Virus record (IMG/VR): IMGVR_UViG_3300025018_000136 | Coordinates: 13,062-77,061 of that record | Direction: 5' to 3' (one strand) | Source: a virus | Taxonomy: Duplodnaviria > Caudoviricetes | DNA: 64,000 nt | In this document: positions 17,942 through 28,126 of the stretch, in pieces | How the letters are laid out: the number at the start of each line of letters is the position of its first letter | Numbering within the stretch: position 1 is the stretch's first letter | The notes under the pieces: generated by a model | Databases searched by the model: none | Seen by the model: the letters and a program-made list of their open reading frames with translations, nothing else | Told to the model about the DNA's origin: nothing | Position numbers and translations under genes: made by a program

Positions 17942-20900
17942 TTGTAAAGTAAAGTTACACTTTCATATGTAGGAGACGTTGCTGAAGTAGTGCTTCTATG
18001 AAGCTCCATTCTAAATCCAAAGCTACTACCAGTATTCGTGAATGTGTGAACCTCTCCTGGCGTGTAAGTCTCCCAATTGCTACCACCATCAGCAGTAACC
18101 GTATATATATCATTATCTATTAAAAGGTTTGAATAAGTTCTGAACTCGCACTGAGACACAACTTTATCAGTAATTCTAAAATCAGAAGTTGCTGTGCCAA
18201 CAGTAGCTGCTGAGACCAACTTAAGTCTTCCACTAACTTCTTCTGTATTAAGATGAGTCATAATTGATGGGTCTTCGTCAAAATAGACTGTATAACTATT
18301 TTCCATTGAATTAATATTAGATATTGTGTCTCCAATCTCGTCTGGGTTAAGTTTCTCTACAAAGATATCGGATATACCAACGTTCTTCTTAGATATTTCT
18401 ACAGATGTTGTAAACCCACTGTTACTTAAATTATGAGTAAATGATTGAACCCTGTTATATCCAGTTATACCACAATTAGCAACTGTTACAGATATAAGTT
18501 CTCCTGGGTTAAGAGTAGATAAACCATACGATGTAACTTGGCCACTGAAAACATCTTCTATTCCTTTAGCTAGTTCAAAGTCTGCTTTATCTTGAACCTC
18601 GTCTGTTGTAGTAAGGTCTCCATCAGTAATTATAAGGTCTTTAATCCACAAATCTGCTTGTGATGCGTCATCATTTTCAGATTTAAGCAATATAATGTTG
18701 TCCGATTCTTGTTTACCATAAACAAACACTCTGTTTGAAATTGCTGTGTTGTCTTTACCATAACTATTTACACCAATAAGGTTAGAACCATAAGATATAG
18801 ATTCATCATTGTTTATTACATCGTCTTGTGTAAAAGTTCTAAGATACCACTGCTCACCTTCATCAAAATACCACATATAACAGTCTAAGCCAGCACGTTT
18901 AAATATGTCTGTTATTACAGTCCATGCTTTTTTATGCTGATATGAAATATTAATAAGCTCTGTTGGATAATCTGTAACAGATGTAGACCAACTAATTAAA
19001 CCAGTCCCAGGATTATAAGTAGCTTCAGCCCACTCATCTCCATCCCAGAAAACCATAATAATGTCTGGAAAATCATTATATAGAATTTTTCCAACTGATT
19101 CTGCTGCAGTGGCTGCAACATGTGCTCCAGTAATAGTCTTATCAATAAGCTCTGGATAATCACGCCCATCTATATCTATATAGAATCCACTAGACATATC
19201 TGCTCCATAAGATACATTATCAATGTAACCTTTAAATAATAATTGAGCAAGTGTATTTAAGCTAGCATAACGAATAGCGTTTCCTTCATTATATAAAACA
19301 CTTACCTCGTTTTCACTCAATACTCTATTAGTCCAAAGTGCAATCTCGTCTATCTGAGAAGAAAGCCCATAAGAATAAGTCGTAGGAGAACCTATATATT
19401 TAAACGTTAAATCTGCTACCATCATCTCGCCAAAACTATTAATGTGAGAACCATCAATATATAAGTTAACGTTTGCTGAAGTTTGTTCATTATAAAGATT
19501 ACTATAAAGAGTTGTTATCTCATCATCTGTCAACGCTTTATCAAAAACCATAATATCATCTATTAATCCGTTGAAATAATTACCTGACACATATCTCCCA
19601 ACATAGAAATTTAGATTAGTTGCTGAAGGAATATCTGTTCGAATGCTAGTATTTGTTTTATGTTTTATACCATTAACATATCCTATTAATTCATCGTTTG
19701 TTTTACTAACAGTAAACGCAATATGAACCCATTCTCCAAGATAATCATCTATGCCTACAGTGTCGCTAAGAGGATAAAAAGTGTCCCCACCAGTCCCATA
19801 TAATCTAGCATGCCATCTAGAACCAAGAGAATAATTTAAAAGTTCCCATTTTGTAGTATTAGCAACAATTCTACTATCTACAGAAGGAGCAATTGATGCT
19901 TTAACCCATAAAGCTACAGTAAATTCATCATTATCAACATCTTCAAAACTAGAAGTTGAAAGATACGACGTAGAACCATTAAAGCTCATACAAGAATTTA
20001 CAGAATTAAATCTGTTAGTACCATCAGTTGCGTTAGTATTGGTTAAAGAACCCCCATAACTACTAAAATCATCAATAGTTGTAGATAAATCGTTATAAGA
20101 AAACGGATAATAACATCTTAAAGTAGCATCTGTCATATCCCAAGGAGTAGTTGTTGTTAATACAACATGATGCCAGGCAGTATCATTAAGTGTATCACTA
20201 TCACCTATAGATACTATAGCATTATTAACATCTGGCTCTATTCTAATATCGTTCCCGCTATCTATCTCAAAATGCCTATTGAAAGAATTTGGCGCATAAT
20301 TAAAAATAGTTTCATGCTTACCCTCTTCGCCACGTTTAATCCAGAAAGATATTGTAGAACCATTTTTATTAATAACAACATAATCAGTTAATTCTACATA
20401 TGAATTAAAATAACCATTAATATTATATTTTTGGCCTAACATATCTAAACTAGAAACTATCTTTCCAGTTGTATTATACGGAATAGTCATTCTATGATTA
20501 TTTGTTATAGTGTATAATTTGCTAACTTCAGAGTCTGTTAACATAGATTTCACAAAGAATACGTCATCTATGTAACCCTCAAAAGTAGAAGGTGCAATAT
20601 GATTAGAAGTAATATTTCCACCAATTTCAGCATTTCCTGCTCCATTACAAGTTTTAAAATCTGGATACAACACATTTGTTCCTTCTAAAACTCCATCTGC
20701 GTATACATAAATTCTTTTAGATATTCTTATATCATCATTACCGTCATTATAAATCTGTAATATCTCATCGTCTGTCAGTGCCCTAGCCCAAATAGCAACA
20801 TCGTCAATAGCTCCATCCATAAGATTAGTTGTAGAATCATATGCTCCTATGTTTAAAGTTGTGCTTGTAGTAGCGTTTCCTCCAGTAACAGTAGTTGTTA

Positions 20901-23466
20901 ATGTTTGTTTAACACCATTAATAAATAGTTCAACGTCTCCAACAACTCTAGTAGATGTGGTTGTTACTACATTTGTTCTTGCTACAACATGATACCATGT
21001 GCCTGTAGTTATTGTGCCTACAGAATAATATCTTCTTCCAGCAGTAGAACCCTGAGCTTCAACTCTTATTCTTCCATCTGTTTGAACATCAAACGTATGA
21101 TATCCGTTATAAGAAGTTATTGTTCTAACGCTACTTAAATTATCAACCTTAATCCAAGCAGAAGTTGTTTGTATATCTCTACTGTTTACACCGCTAAAAC
21201 TAGTTTTCTGAAGATACTGATTTACACCATCTAAAACAACAGCATTACTAAATTTACCGCTAGTATAAGTAGGACTATTATATTCAGTCATATCGTTGCT
21301 TCCGTATTCATCACCAGCGTCACTTTCCATCCAATAAACTGATACTAAATCTGTAAATAAAGATTCTTGTGCGCCGAATACACCAACAACTTGATGCCAC
21401 TCATTATCGGATAAATTAGTAGTACCTAAAACAGTTACGTCTTGGCCTGTTATTCTATCTTCTACGTGCCAACTAGCATATCCTGTTGTTACAGCAACAA
21501 CAAATTGATAATTATCATTGTTATCAGTAGCGTTTCCGTTATCAGACTTATATATAAATGTTCTGCCTGCAGTGTCTGTTTTAATCCATGCACCAATAGT
21601 GAACGACATATCATCAACTGGACTAAGTCCTCCATCAGTATTATCTAAAATAATATTGTTCTTAATGCCGTCAAAATAATAACATTTGTTTAAACTACCA
21701 AATCTATCTGTTGCAAGTTGAGCAGAATCTATATTTATGTTCTCTGTACCAGAACCGCTATTATAAGCTCTGGCTATATCACCGGAATTAAGTATACCAT
21801 CATAAATTCTAAGGTCATCTATTGAGCCATCAAAAAAGTCACTAGGAGTAGCTGTGTCCCACTCTTGCCCAACAACAAACAAATCAGTGTTTGCAACTGT
21901 TACAGTTGTAGATAAATCAGTATCTACAGAATTACCATCAACGAAAAGTTCCCAGTCACCAGCACTATGGTCATAAGTAAAACCAACATGATGCCATTGG
22001 TCATCTCTAAGATTAGTAGAACCAGTAACTATTGGTGTAGAAACATTTTGAACTGAAATATAACCAGAAGTATTAATAAAAAACAATATTCTATTTGTTA
22101 CTCCTGAAGAATCACTAACTCCTAGAATCATATCGTTTCCAGAACCAGAAGAGTTCGCTTTAATCCACGTAAAACATGACATATCAGAAGCTGCCAGCTC
22201 ATCAGCAATATCACCATAAACATTTTTTACTACGCGCGCATAACCATCTACAGGTTCTCCCCATGTAATAACTGCTGTGTTTGCGTCTGTTATTGATATA
22301 TCTGTTGGCTCTATTCTATGGTGACTATTATCAAAACAAGCTATAAGAGGATATTCATCATTTAAAGAATGTGTAATATTCCACGTTGTACTAGAAGTGC
22401 CATTAGTATAAGTATAATCACCAGTTCTAAAACTAACGATAGCATATCCTGACTGAGAACTATCAAAAGTAAGGGTTCTTATATCTGCGCTAGTATAATT
22501 ATCAGTTAATGGTTCAATAACATATCCATTTAAATCATATACTGTAACTATTGGTCTAGAAACATCAAAGTTGTGACTTATAGTCCAAGTTGTACTACTA
22601 ATTGTTTGCGTATGTAAATAATCTTCAGCAACACTAGTCCTAAGAATTCTGACGTATCCTGTTGTTGCCTCTCCAAACTCTAGATAAAGAGAGTTCTCAT
22701 CAAGTGCACGTGCAACTTCTGGCTGAATAATATTTCCAGAATCATCAAAACATTCAAAGTTTACATATTTAAAATTAAGATTGTGATTAACGAACCACGT
22801 AATACTACTTGTAAACGCATATAGGTGAATACTGGACGTATCTGATGGATTAAGTTCTATATAATCTGTACTACCATCAAACTCAAATGCATCATTAATT
22901 TTACCAGTAACGTTTAACTCATTAGTATTATTCTGAGAAAGACCATCGAACCCATTAGCACTAGTATCAGTAACCGTCTTAGAATCTGTATTATCATTCA
23001 TTCTATATTGGGCTACTAGGTTTGTTGAAAGAGTACCATTATGAGATGGAGTATAACTCACATCGTTAGCATTACCATTAAACCCGTAAACTGCCTCTGC
23101 TCTAATCTGAAAAGTGCCATTGTTTCCTGAAATCTCATCAATAATATAATTACCACTATCACATTTATAATAGTGGTCAAGACCAGTTAAAAAATTAATA
23201 TCTTGAGGAACACGATATCCTCCATAGATTGACACCAGTTCGCCGCCACCAAATGTGTTTAAAAACTCACCATTACTATTAGTAACCCTAAGATTAAATC
23301 TACCAAGACTATCAGTCACAGATTTAACAACTTGACCACTAATCACATTGTTATCACTAGTAGTACTGCTCTGAGAATCCATAATTGTATGTACAACATC
23401 AGAATCATCTTTTATTTGAACCCTAAAGCTTGGACGGGCAGCATCAGTCTCAGTCAACGAAGTCAT
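17938..23466 (-). CDS. Tail hub/central spike protein (1842 aa) carrying five LamG-like domains and three short beta repeats
   Basis: Hub-like LVSIYGGY...LLFKGYID split; ISNRVFVYG; multiple WHHV/WYHV/WVHI and IDD(V/L)xIW/Y LamG motifs; TWxIxH repeats. Confidence 0.75.
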   Translation of the reverse strand: MTSLTETDAARPSFRVQIKDDSDVVHTIMDSQSSTTSDNNVISGQVVKSVTDSLGRFNLRVTNSNGEFLNTFGGGELVSIYGGYRVPQDINFLTGLDHYYKCDSGNYIIDEISGNNGTFQIRAEAVYGFNGNANDVSYTPSHNGTLSTNLVAQYRMNDNTDSKTVTDTSANGFDGLSQNNTNELNVTGKINDAFEFDGSTDYIELNPSDTSSIHLYAFTSSITWFVNHNLNFKYVNFECFDDSGNIIQPEVARALDENSLYLEFGEATTGYVRILRTSVAEDYLHTQTISSTTWTISHNFDVSRPIVTVYDLNGYVIEPLTDNYTSADIRTLTFDSSQSGYAIVSFRTGDYTYTNGTSSTTWNITHSLNDEYPLIACFDNSHHRIEPTDISITDANTAVITWGEPVDGYARVVKNVYGDIADELAASDMSCFTWIKANSSGSGNDMILGVSDSSGVTNRILFFINTSGYISVQNVSTPIVTGSTNLRDDQWHHVGFTYDHSAGDWELFVDGNSVDTDLSTTVTVANTDLFVVGQEWDTATPSDFFDGSIDDLRIYDGILNSGDIARAYNSGSGTENINIDSAQLATDRFGSLNKCYYFDGIKNNIILDNTDGGLSPVDDMSFTIGAWIKTDTAGRTFIYKSDNGNATDNNDNYQFVVAVTTGYASWHVEDRITGQDVTVLGTTNLSDNEWHQVVGVFGAQESLFTDLVSVYWMESDAGDEYGSNDMTEYNSPTYTSGKFSNAVVLDGVNQYLQKTSFSGVNSRDIQTTSAWIKVDNLSSVRTITSYNGYHTFDVQTDGRIRVEAQGSTAGRRYYSVGTITTGTWYHVVARTNVVTTTSTRVVGDVELFINGVKQTLTTTVTGGNATTSTTLNIGAYDSTTNLMDGAIDDVAIWARALTDDEILQIYNDGNDDIRISKRIYVYADGVLEGTNVLYPDFKTCNGAGNAEIGGNITSNHIAPSTFEGYIDDVFFVKSMLTDSEVSKLYTITNNHRMTIPYNTTGKIVSSLDMLGQKYNINGYFNSYVELTDYVVINKNGSTISFWIKRGEEGKHETIFNYAPNSFNRHFEIDSGNDIRIEPDVNNAIVSIGDSDTLNDTAWHHVVLTTTTPWDMTDATLRCYYPFSYNDLSTTIDDFSSYGGSLTNTNATDGTNRFNSVNSCMSFNGSTSYLSTSSFEDVDNDEFTVALWVKASIAPSVDSRIVANTTKWELLNYSLGSRWHARLYGTGGDTFYPLSDTVGIDDYLGEWVHIAFTVSKTNDELIGYVNGIKHKTNTSIRTDIPSATNLNFYVGRYVSGNYFNGLIDDIMVFDKALTDDEITTLYSNLYNEQTSANVNLYIDGSHINSFGEMMVADLTFKYIGSPTTYSYGLSSQIDEIALWTNRVLSENEVSVLYNEGNAIRYASLNTLAQLLFKGYIDNVSYGADMSSGFYIDIDGRDYPELIDKTITGAHVAATAAESVGKILYNDFPDIIMVFWDGDEWAEATYNPGTGLISWSTSVTDYPTELINISYQHKKAWTVITDIFKRAGLDCYMWYFDEGEQWYLRTFTQDDVINNDESISYGSNLIGVNSYGKDNTAISNRVFVYGKQESDNIILLKSENDDASQADLWIKDLIITDGDLTTTDEVQDKADFELAKGIEDVFSGQVTSYGLSTLNPGELISVTVANCGITGYNRVQSFTHNLSNSGFTTSVEISKKNVGISDIFVEKLNPDEIGDTISNINSMENSYTVYFDEDPSIMTHLNTEEVSGRLKLVSAATVGTATSDFRITDKVVSQCEFRTYSNLLIDNDIYTVTADGGSNWETYTPGEVHTFTNTGSSFGFRMELHRSTTSATSPTYESVTLLYK

Positions 23467-23468
23467 AA

Positions 23469-25298
23469 TTATTCACACACCATGCATATACCATTTATTG
23501 AAGGATAACCAGTTGTAGGACTTGAATCTTTAGGATTAAGTCTCACAAGTAATTGTGTAGGAGAATATTCAAAAGTTGAAAAACTACTCATTGTAGTTCC
23601 GTCATTTGCATTAAGCCAACCAGTGTCCTCTTGGTCTATATATTTATCAACATAAATGTTGTCAACCCAGCAAGTACTAGTTCTTCCACCAGAGTAATAC
23701 TCCCAACCAATGATTTCTATTCTAAGAGTAGCAGAAGATTTTCTTGAAGATGCTGTAACATCTCCACTTCCTGTAGTCCAAGAAGAATCATTTTGTGTAG
23801 CACCAGAACCAGCAGTCTTAGTCCTAGTATAAACAACATCATCATCTATATATATATTAAGCTGCACACTACCGTTTGTAGTATTTAACCAATTAGACAC
23901 ATGAATCTTATTCCAACCTCTAGTATCTACTATCTGGTCAGCATGAACGTATGCACCTTCATTGTTAGACTGACTAGATTCAGCTGTTTTAAAAGACCAC
24001 GTACCGTCTTCTGCAGCATCACTAGAACGTGTATAAGAAGACCAACTACCACTAATAGAAACATCCCACTCATCACCTAGAGCGTTTTCAAAACTATAAT
24101 TCTCTATTTCTGTAGTTAAAGTACTATTAGTTGTTGATAAAATTCTATAATCGACACTGATACCTTCTTCCCAATCTTCTACTTTATAAGCAAGAAGACT
24201 AGCACCTATACCAGAAGGTACCCTATTAGCTGGAATATCGTGGGTAATTATAGTTGAAGGATTTTCTGTAGCTGCAGTAAAATCTGGAATACCATAAGTA
24301 GCATAATAACTGTTTGTATAATAACTATAATCTGAAGAAGGACTACCATCTGGGTTAGAAAAAACCCAAGATATTGCTCCTTTAGTTAATATTATTGCAT
24401 AAGCATATCTAACACCATAATTACTATCAGTTCTACTTGGTCTTAATTCTAATTCACATGTTGCTGGATTAGTTATTTGGTCAGAAGATGTATCTATTCC
24501 TGTCTCATCACTTACTGGTTGTCCAGTATAATTTAGATTAGTACTGCTTGGCATTTCCCACTGAACGTACGGATTATAACTATCAGTATATCCGTTAAGA
24601 TAAGACCAACTATCAACTAAATTATCAGACGTGTTCTCAAAAGTACCAGTATATCTAAACACAGGCTCAGAATAACCTATTGACTCTTTACCATAAAGAT
24701 ATGCCAAATGACATCTTCTACCAACATCATCTGTAACAGATGTCTTCATAGCAGTAATATCTGGACATTTAAGAACAGCAGGATTAGTACCATTAGTACC
24801 ATAAAACAGGGTTTTTATAATTTGAGCATGTCTAACATCATACGTACCAGTACTACAATAAACAACCCATTTACCAATGTCAAATTCAACAGCTGTACAA
24901 TTATTAATATTGAAAACGCTTTCTGAAACTGCTGTAGCCTCAATAATAACATATGGCATAGTTAAATCTATAGCTTTATATTTGTCAGTATCAAAATCTG
25001 CATTTGTATTTATAGTATCTACAGTTCCAAATCTTCCATCTGTATCAGTATATGCCTCAACATAAAAATCATTTCCGTTACTGAACGTTATTGCTCTATC
25101 AATAGACTGATTAATAGTGTTTATTCCTTCAACTTTAAACGCTATGCCTGAATCCATTGGAGAACTAACTTCTTTGATAATACTGTTTGCATCCTGGAAT
25201 TTAAGATTATCACTGGCCGCATCAATAAACATACTGTCATCTACTGCGGAACCAACTCCTATTTGTGAAAAAACTTTTGAACCAGATACTTTTACCAT
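23469..25298 (-). CDS. Tail-associated receptor-binding protein, paralog 1
   Basis: Shares N-terminal MVK...F.D..DN..KF and YTDT.G motifs and C-terminal D.GWL...P..L.V.L.P...P.I.G motif with the next two genes. Confidence 0.6.
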   Translation of the reverse strand: MVKVSGSKVFSQIGVGSAVDDSMFIDAASDNLKFQDANSIIKEVSSPMDSGIAFKVEGINTINQSIDRAITFSNGNDFYVEAYTDTDGRFGTVDTINTNADFDTDKYKAIDLTMPYVIIEATAVSESVFNINNCTAVEFDIGKWVVYCSTGTYDVRHAQIIKTLFYGTNGTNPAVLKCPDITAMKTSVTDDVGRRCHLAYLYGKESIGYSEPVFRYTGTFENTSDNLVDSWSYLNGYTDSYNPYVQWEMPSSTNLNYTGQPVSDETGIDTSSDQITNPATCELELRPSRTDSNYGVRYAYAIILTKGAISWVFSNPDGSPSSDYSYYTNSYYATYGIPDFTAATENPSTIITHDIPANRVPSGIGASLLAYKVEDWEEGISVDYRILSTTNSTLTTEIENYSFENALGDEWDVSISGSWSSYTRSSDAAEDGTWSFKTAESSQSNNEGAYVHADQIVDTRGWNKIHVSNWLNTTNGSVQLNIYIDDDVVYTRTKTAGSGATQNDSSWTTGSGDVTASSRKSSATLRIEIIGWEYYSGGRTSTCWVDNIYVDKYIDQEDTGWLNANDGTTMSSFSTFEYSPTQLLVRLNPKDSSPTTGYPSINGICMVCE

Positions 25299-26389
25299 TA
25301 TTCAGTATACACCCATATTCCTTCTATTGCAGGATATCCATAAGTTGCTGTAGTCCCAGGAGTATCAAGTTTAACAAGAACCTTAGTAGGTTCACTGGTT
25401 AAAGCTGTATATCCAGTAACTTCTTCTGAACCAATCCACCCACTATCTTCACCAGCATTAGCAATTTTATATTGAACTGTATCACCAGTCTCCCAATTCG
25501 TATCATTAATAAACGCAACACCAAAACCAGATGAAGGAGTAGCATTAAATGTTCCACTATCGACATCGTGTGTTATATAACAATCTCCAGCAACAGTGTC
25601 TGTGGAATAGCTAAATATACTTACACGTAACTCGTGCCCGGATGCTTCAAGATAACTAGCTGCATAAAACAACAATCTTATACCTTGCACACTGGCATTT
25701 AAGTATACTGTGCCACCACTATAAATAAATACGCCACTACTAGAAAAAAGGGTTTGTACATCACTCCACGTTGAACCATCATATGTTTGCAATATTACAC
25801 GATTAGTTCCACTATATCCAATTCTATTAATATCCATATAAAAATTAACAGAAACATACTGTATGGTTTTAGCACTAAAAGTAGTTCCAAAAGCTATTGT
25901 ATTAGCCTGAAGCTGAGTATTTGTAGGAGCACAAGTAGCATATGTAGAGGTATCATTATCATACCCATTTGAAGCATTAGTCCACGTAACAATTGCAGCA
26001 TGAGGAGTATCGCCAGAAGATTCGTTATTTGTTATATTACGCAAATAACCTATTCTATCTGTTTCTCCATCAGTATCACAATATGCAAAAAAAGAATTAG
26101 CTAAGTCTATAGTATTGTATAAACCATTAGAGTCTGTGTATAATTCAGAAAAACCATCCTTATCATCTGCAGAAAAATCTACTGTCCTATCTTTCATTTG
26201 TCTAATTCTATTAAGACCTGATAAAGTTAATAGTTTGTTCTGAGATAGTTGTTTTTCTATTTTTAATATGTTTGAATTAGAATCTACAAATTTTATCTTG
26301 TTATCACTAGAATCAAGAAATACTGAATTATCTTCAGCTGCAGTACTTGATATACCATTAAACAGTAATGACCCTTGTGTCTTAACCAT
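25298..26389 (-). CDS. Tail-associated receptor-binding protein, paralog 2
   Basis: Same termini; central F5/8C-like segment (WTNASNGYDND, LQTYDGSTWS). ATG at 26389. Confidence 0.6.
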   Translation of the reverse strand: MVKTQGSLLFNGISSTAAEDNSVFLDSSDNKIKFVDSNSNILKIEKQLSQNKLLTLSGLNRIRQMKDRTVDFSADDKDGFSELYTDSNGLYNTIDLANSFFAYCDTDGETDRIGYLRNITNNESSGDTPHAAIVTWTNASNGYDNDTSTYATCAPTNTQLQANTIAFGTTFSAKTIQYVSVNFYMDINRIGYSGTNRVILQTYDGSTWSDVQTLFSSSGVFIYSGGTVYLNASVQGIRLLFYAASYLEASGHELRVSIFSYSTDTVAGDCYITHDVDSGTFNATPSSGFGVAFINDTNWETGDTVQYKIANAGEDSGWIGSEEVTGYTALTSEPTKVLVKLDTPGTTATYGYPAIEGIWVYTE

Positions 26390-26391
26390 TT

Positions 26392-27450
26392 TTATTCGGC
26401 GTAACACCACACCCCCAATAGACTAGGACTTCCAGAAACAGGGCTTCCTGATGGGTCAAGTTTTAAAATCAACGTCTCAGGCTCACCATTACTAAAAGCA
26501 GTAAAAGATGTAAAATCATCTATATTTAACCAACCACTATCATCGCCACCAGTATTAGTTAATTTGTATTGTATAGAATCTCCACTAGTAAATAAATCTG
26601 AAACAGTTGTAGCAAAAGCTTTAGATATAGAGGATGAAAATGTTCCAGTGGGAATATTGTTATAAATATAGCTGTCTTCTGTTTTTGAAGAATATTCTAA
26701 AGAATATACGTAACAATAATTACTAGTACCGCTACCAGCAGCATTCATATCAAAATATAACCTTATTCCTTGCACACTAGCATCAATGTTTATTACCCTC
26801 TCAATATCATCTGAGTGTGTTCCTAAATAATTTTGATTTACAAGAGTGGTGTGGTTTGACCATGTACTACCATTATATGTTTGTAAATAGATATGTACGC
26901 TTGTATTACCAACGCTTTCATGACTATAATAAAAAAATTTTGTAAACACTTTACCTATTGTCCGTGCACTAAACGTTTTACCTATCTCAAAATCAGCTAT
27001 ACTTTCAGAAATACTTTTACTAGCATAAGTAGTTGTATCTCCATCAAACGCATTCGCATAATTTGTAAATGAGTCTGGGTCATGGTTAGTATCTCCGCTA
27101 GGAAGACTATTACCACCCTTCCAAATATTTAAATTAATTGCATCATAATAAGAATCAGAAGTGTCTCTATCAAAAGTGTTAAATCTTCCGTTTGTATCAG
27201 TATACGCTTCTAAATAACCTTTAGTTCCAGAGGCATCAACTGCAATAGCCTTATCATAGGCTTGTCTAATAAGATTTTTTCCAACAAGACTAAAAGAAGT
27301 ACTAACTGGCAAAGCATTTGAGAGTAAAGATATTCCTGTTCCGTTCTTAAATTTAAGAACGTTATCACTAGAATCTACAAATATTGAATTAGTTTCAGCA
27401 TTAGCAGAATCCATACTAAGTAATTCTTTAGCTCCGTAAATTTTAACCAT
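26392..27450 (-). CDS. Tail-associated receptor-binding protein, paralog 3
   Basis: Same termini; central FTNYANAFDGD, LQTYNGSTWS. Confidence 0.6.
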   Translation of the reverse strand: MVKIYGAKELLSMDSANAETNSIFVDSSDNVLKFKNGTGISLLSNALPVSTSFSLVGKNLIRQAYDKAIAVDASGTKGYLEAYTDTNGRFNTFDRDTSDSYYDAINLNIWKGGNSLPSGDTNHDPDSFTNYANAFDGDTTTYASKSISESIADFEIGKTFSARTIGKVFTKFFYYSHESVGNTSVHIYLQTYNGSTWSNHTTLVNQNYLGTHSDDIERVINIDASVQGIRLYFDMNAAGSGTSNYCYVYSLEYSSKTEDSYIYNNIPTGTFSSSISKAFATTVSDLFTSGDSIQYKLTNTGGDDSGWLNIDDFTSFTAFSNGEPETLILKLDPSGSPVSGSPSLLGVWCYAE

Positions 27451-27458
27451 TTTGTCAC

Positions 27459-27827
27459 CTATTGTTGCACTACTTCCATAGTGTAATGATATATCGAACC
27501 AGCGTCCGACTGTGAATCTGTAAATGTAATAGAACCAGGGACTACATAATAAGTACCATCATGGATTCCATCTGTATATGTGTGTGTTCCAGCACTATTA
27601 AGAGCTTCAACAGAAGCACGATTAGTTGCTAATTCTGTCCTGTTTGCTCCTGTAATTATACCAGATAATCTTATTCTCCACTGATTAGAAGCAAGCCCCA
27701 TAACATTAAGTTCAACTAACGTTTTACCTATAACTTGTTTCTGAGTCTTCTGCTCTTTTGTTGGAGTCATATCTGTAATATAAAGAGTTGTAGAATCTAT
27801 AGTGATAGTATCATTGTAGTTAGCCGT
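27459..27827 (-). CDS. Distal tail (Dit)-like protein; probable ACG start
   Basis: Follows the tape measure gene; frame is open upstream of ATG 27770 to ACG GCT AAC TAC (27827) after a G-rich SD. Confidence 0.5.
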   Translation of the reverse strand, partial: TANYNDTITIDSTTLYITDMTPTKEQKTQKQVIGKTLVELNVMGLASNQWRIRLSGIITGANRTELATNRASVEALNSAGTHTYTDGIHDGTYYVVPGSITFTDSQSDAGSIYHYTMEVVQQ

Positions 27828-27828
27828 G

Positions 27829-28125
27829 TTAATCCCCCCTCTCTAGATGCCTATGAATGTCTTCGTCATCATGGTATTTAAGGCATAATGTTATACCGTT
27901 GTCTATATGTTTATAAGTTGAATCGCTCATTTTTTGTCGTGCTTCTTCTGAAATAACATCTTTTTTATTCTTATTCCAAGGAATGCTTCCTTTCTTTGAC
28001 TCGCTTATTTTCTTTTTAATTCCGCCACTCAATTTTACCCCTTTTCTTGAGCTTGTCTTGCCTAATTTAACCAATCGTATCTTAAGCTTGGTTTCATCTG
28101 AGTGTTTGTATCCTTTAGGCGGCAT
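27829..28125 (-). pseudogene. Internally deleted NUMOD3-HNH homing endonuclease remnant
   Basis: KGYKHSDETKLKI and ISEEARQKMS repeats fused directly to DNGITLCLKYH; the first half of the HNH/Zn core is missing. Confidence 0.6.
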
Positions 28126-28126
28126 C

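Noticed and set aside
17938-27450. Diversity-generating retroelement acting on tail proteins
   Set aside because: No reverse transcriptase and no TR/VR near-identical pair with A-specific mismatches was seen.
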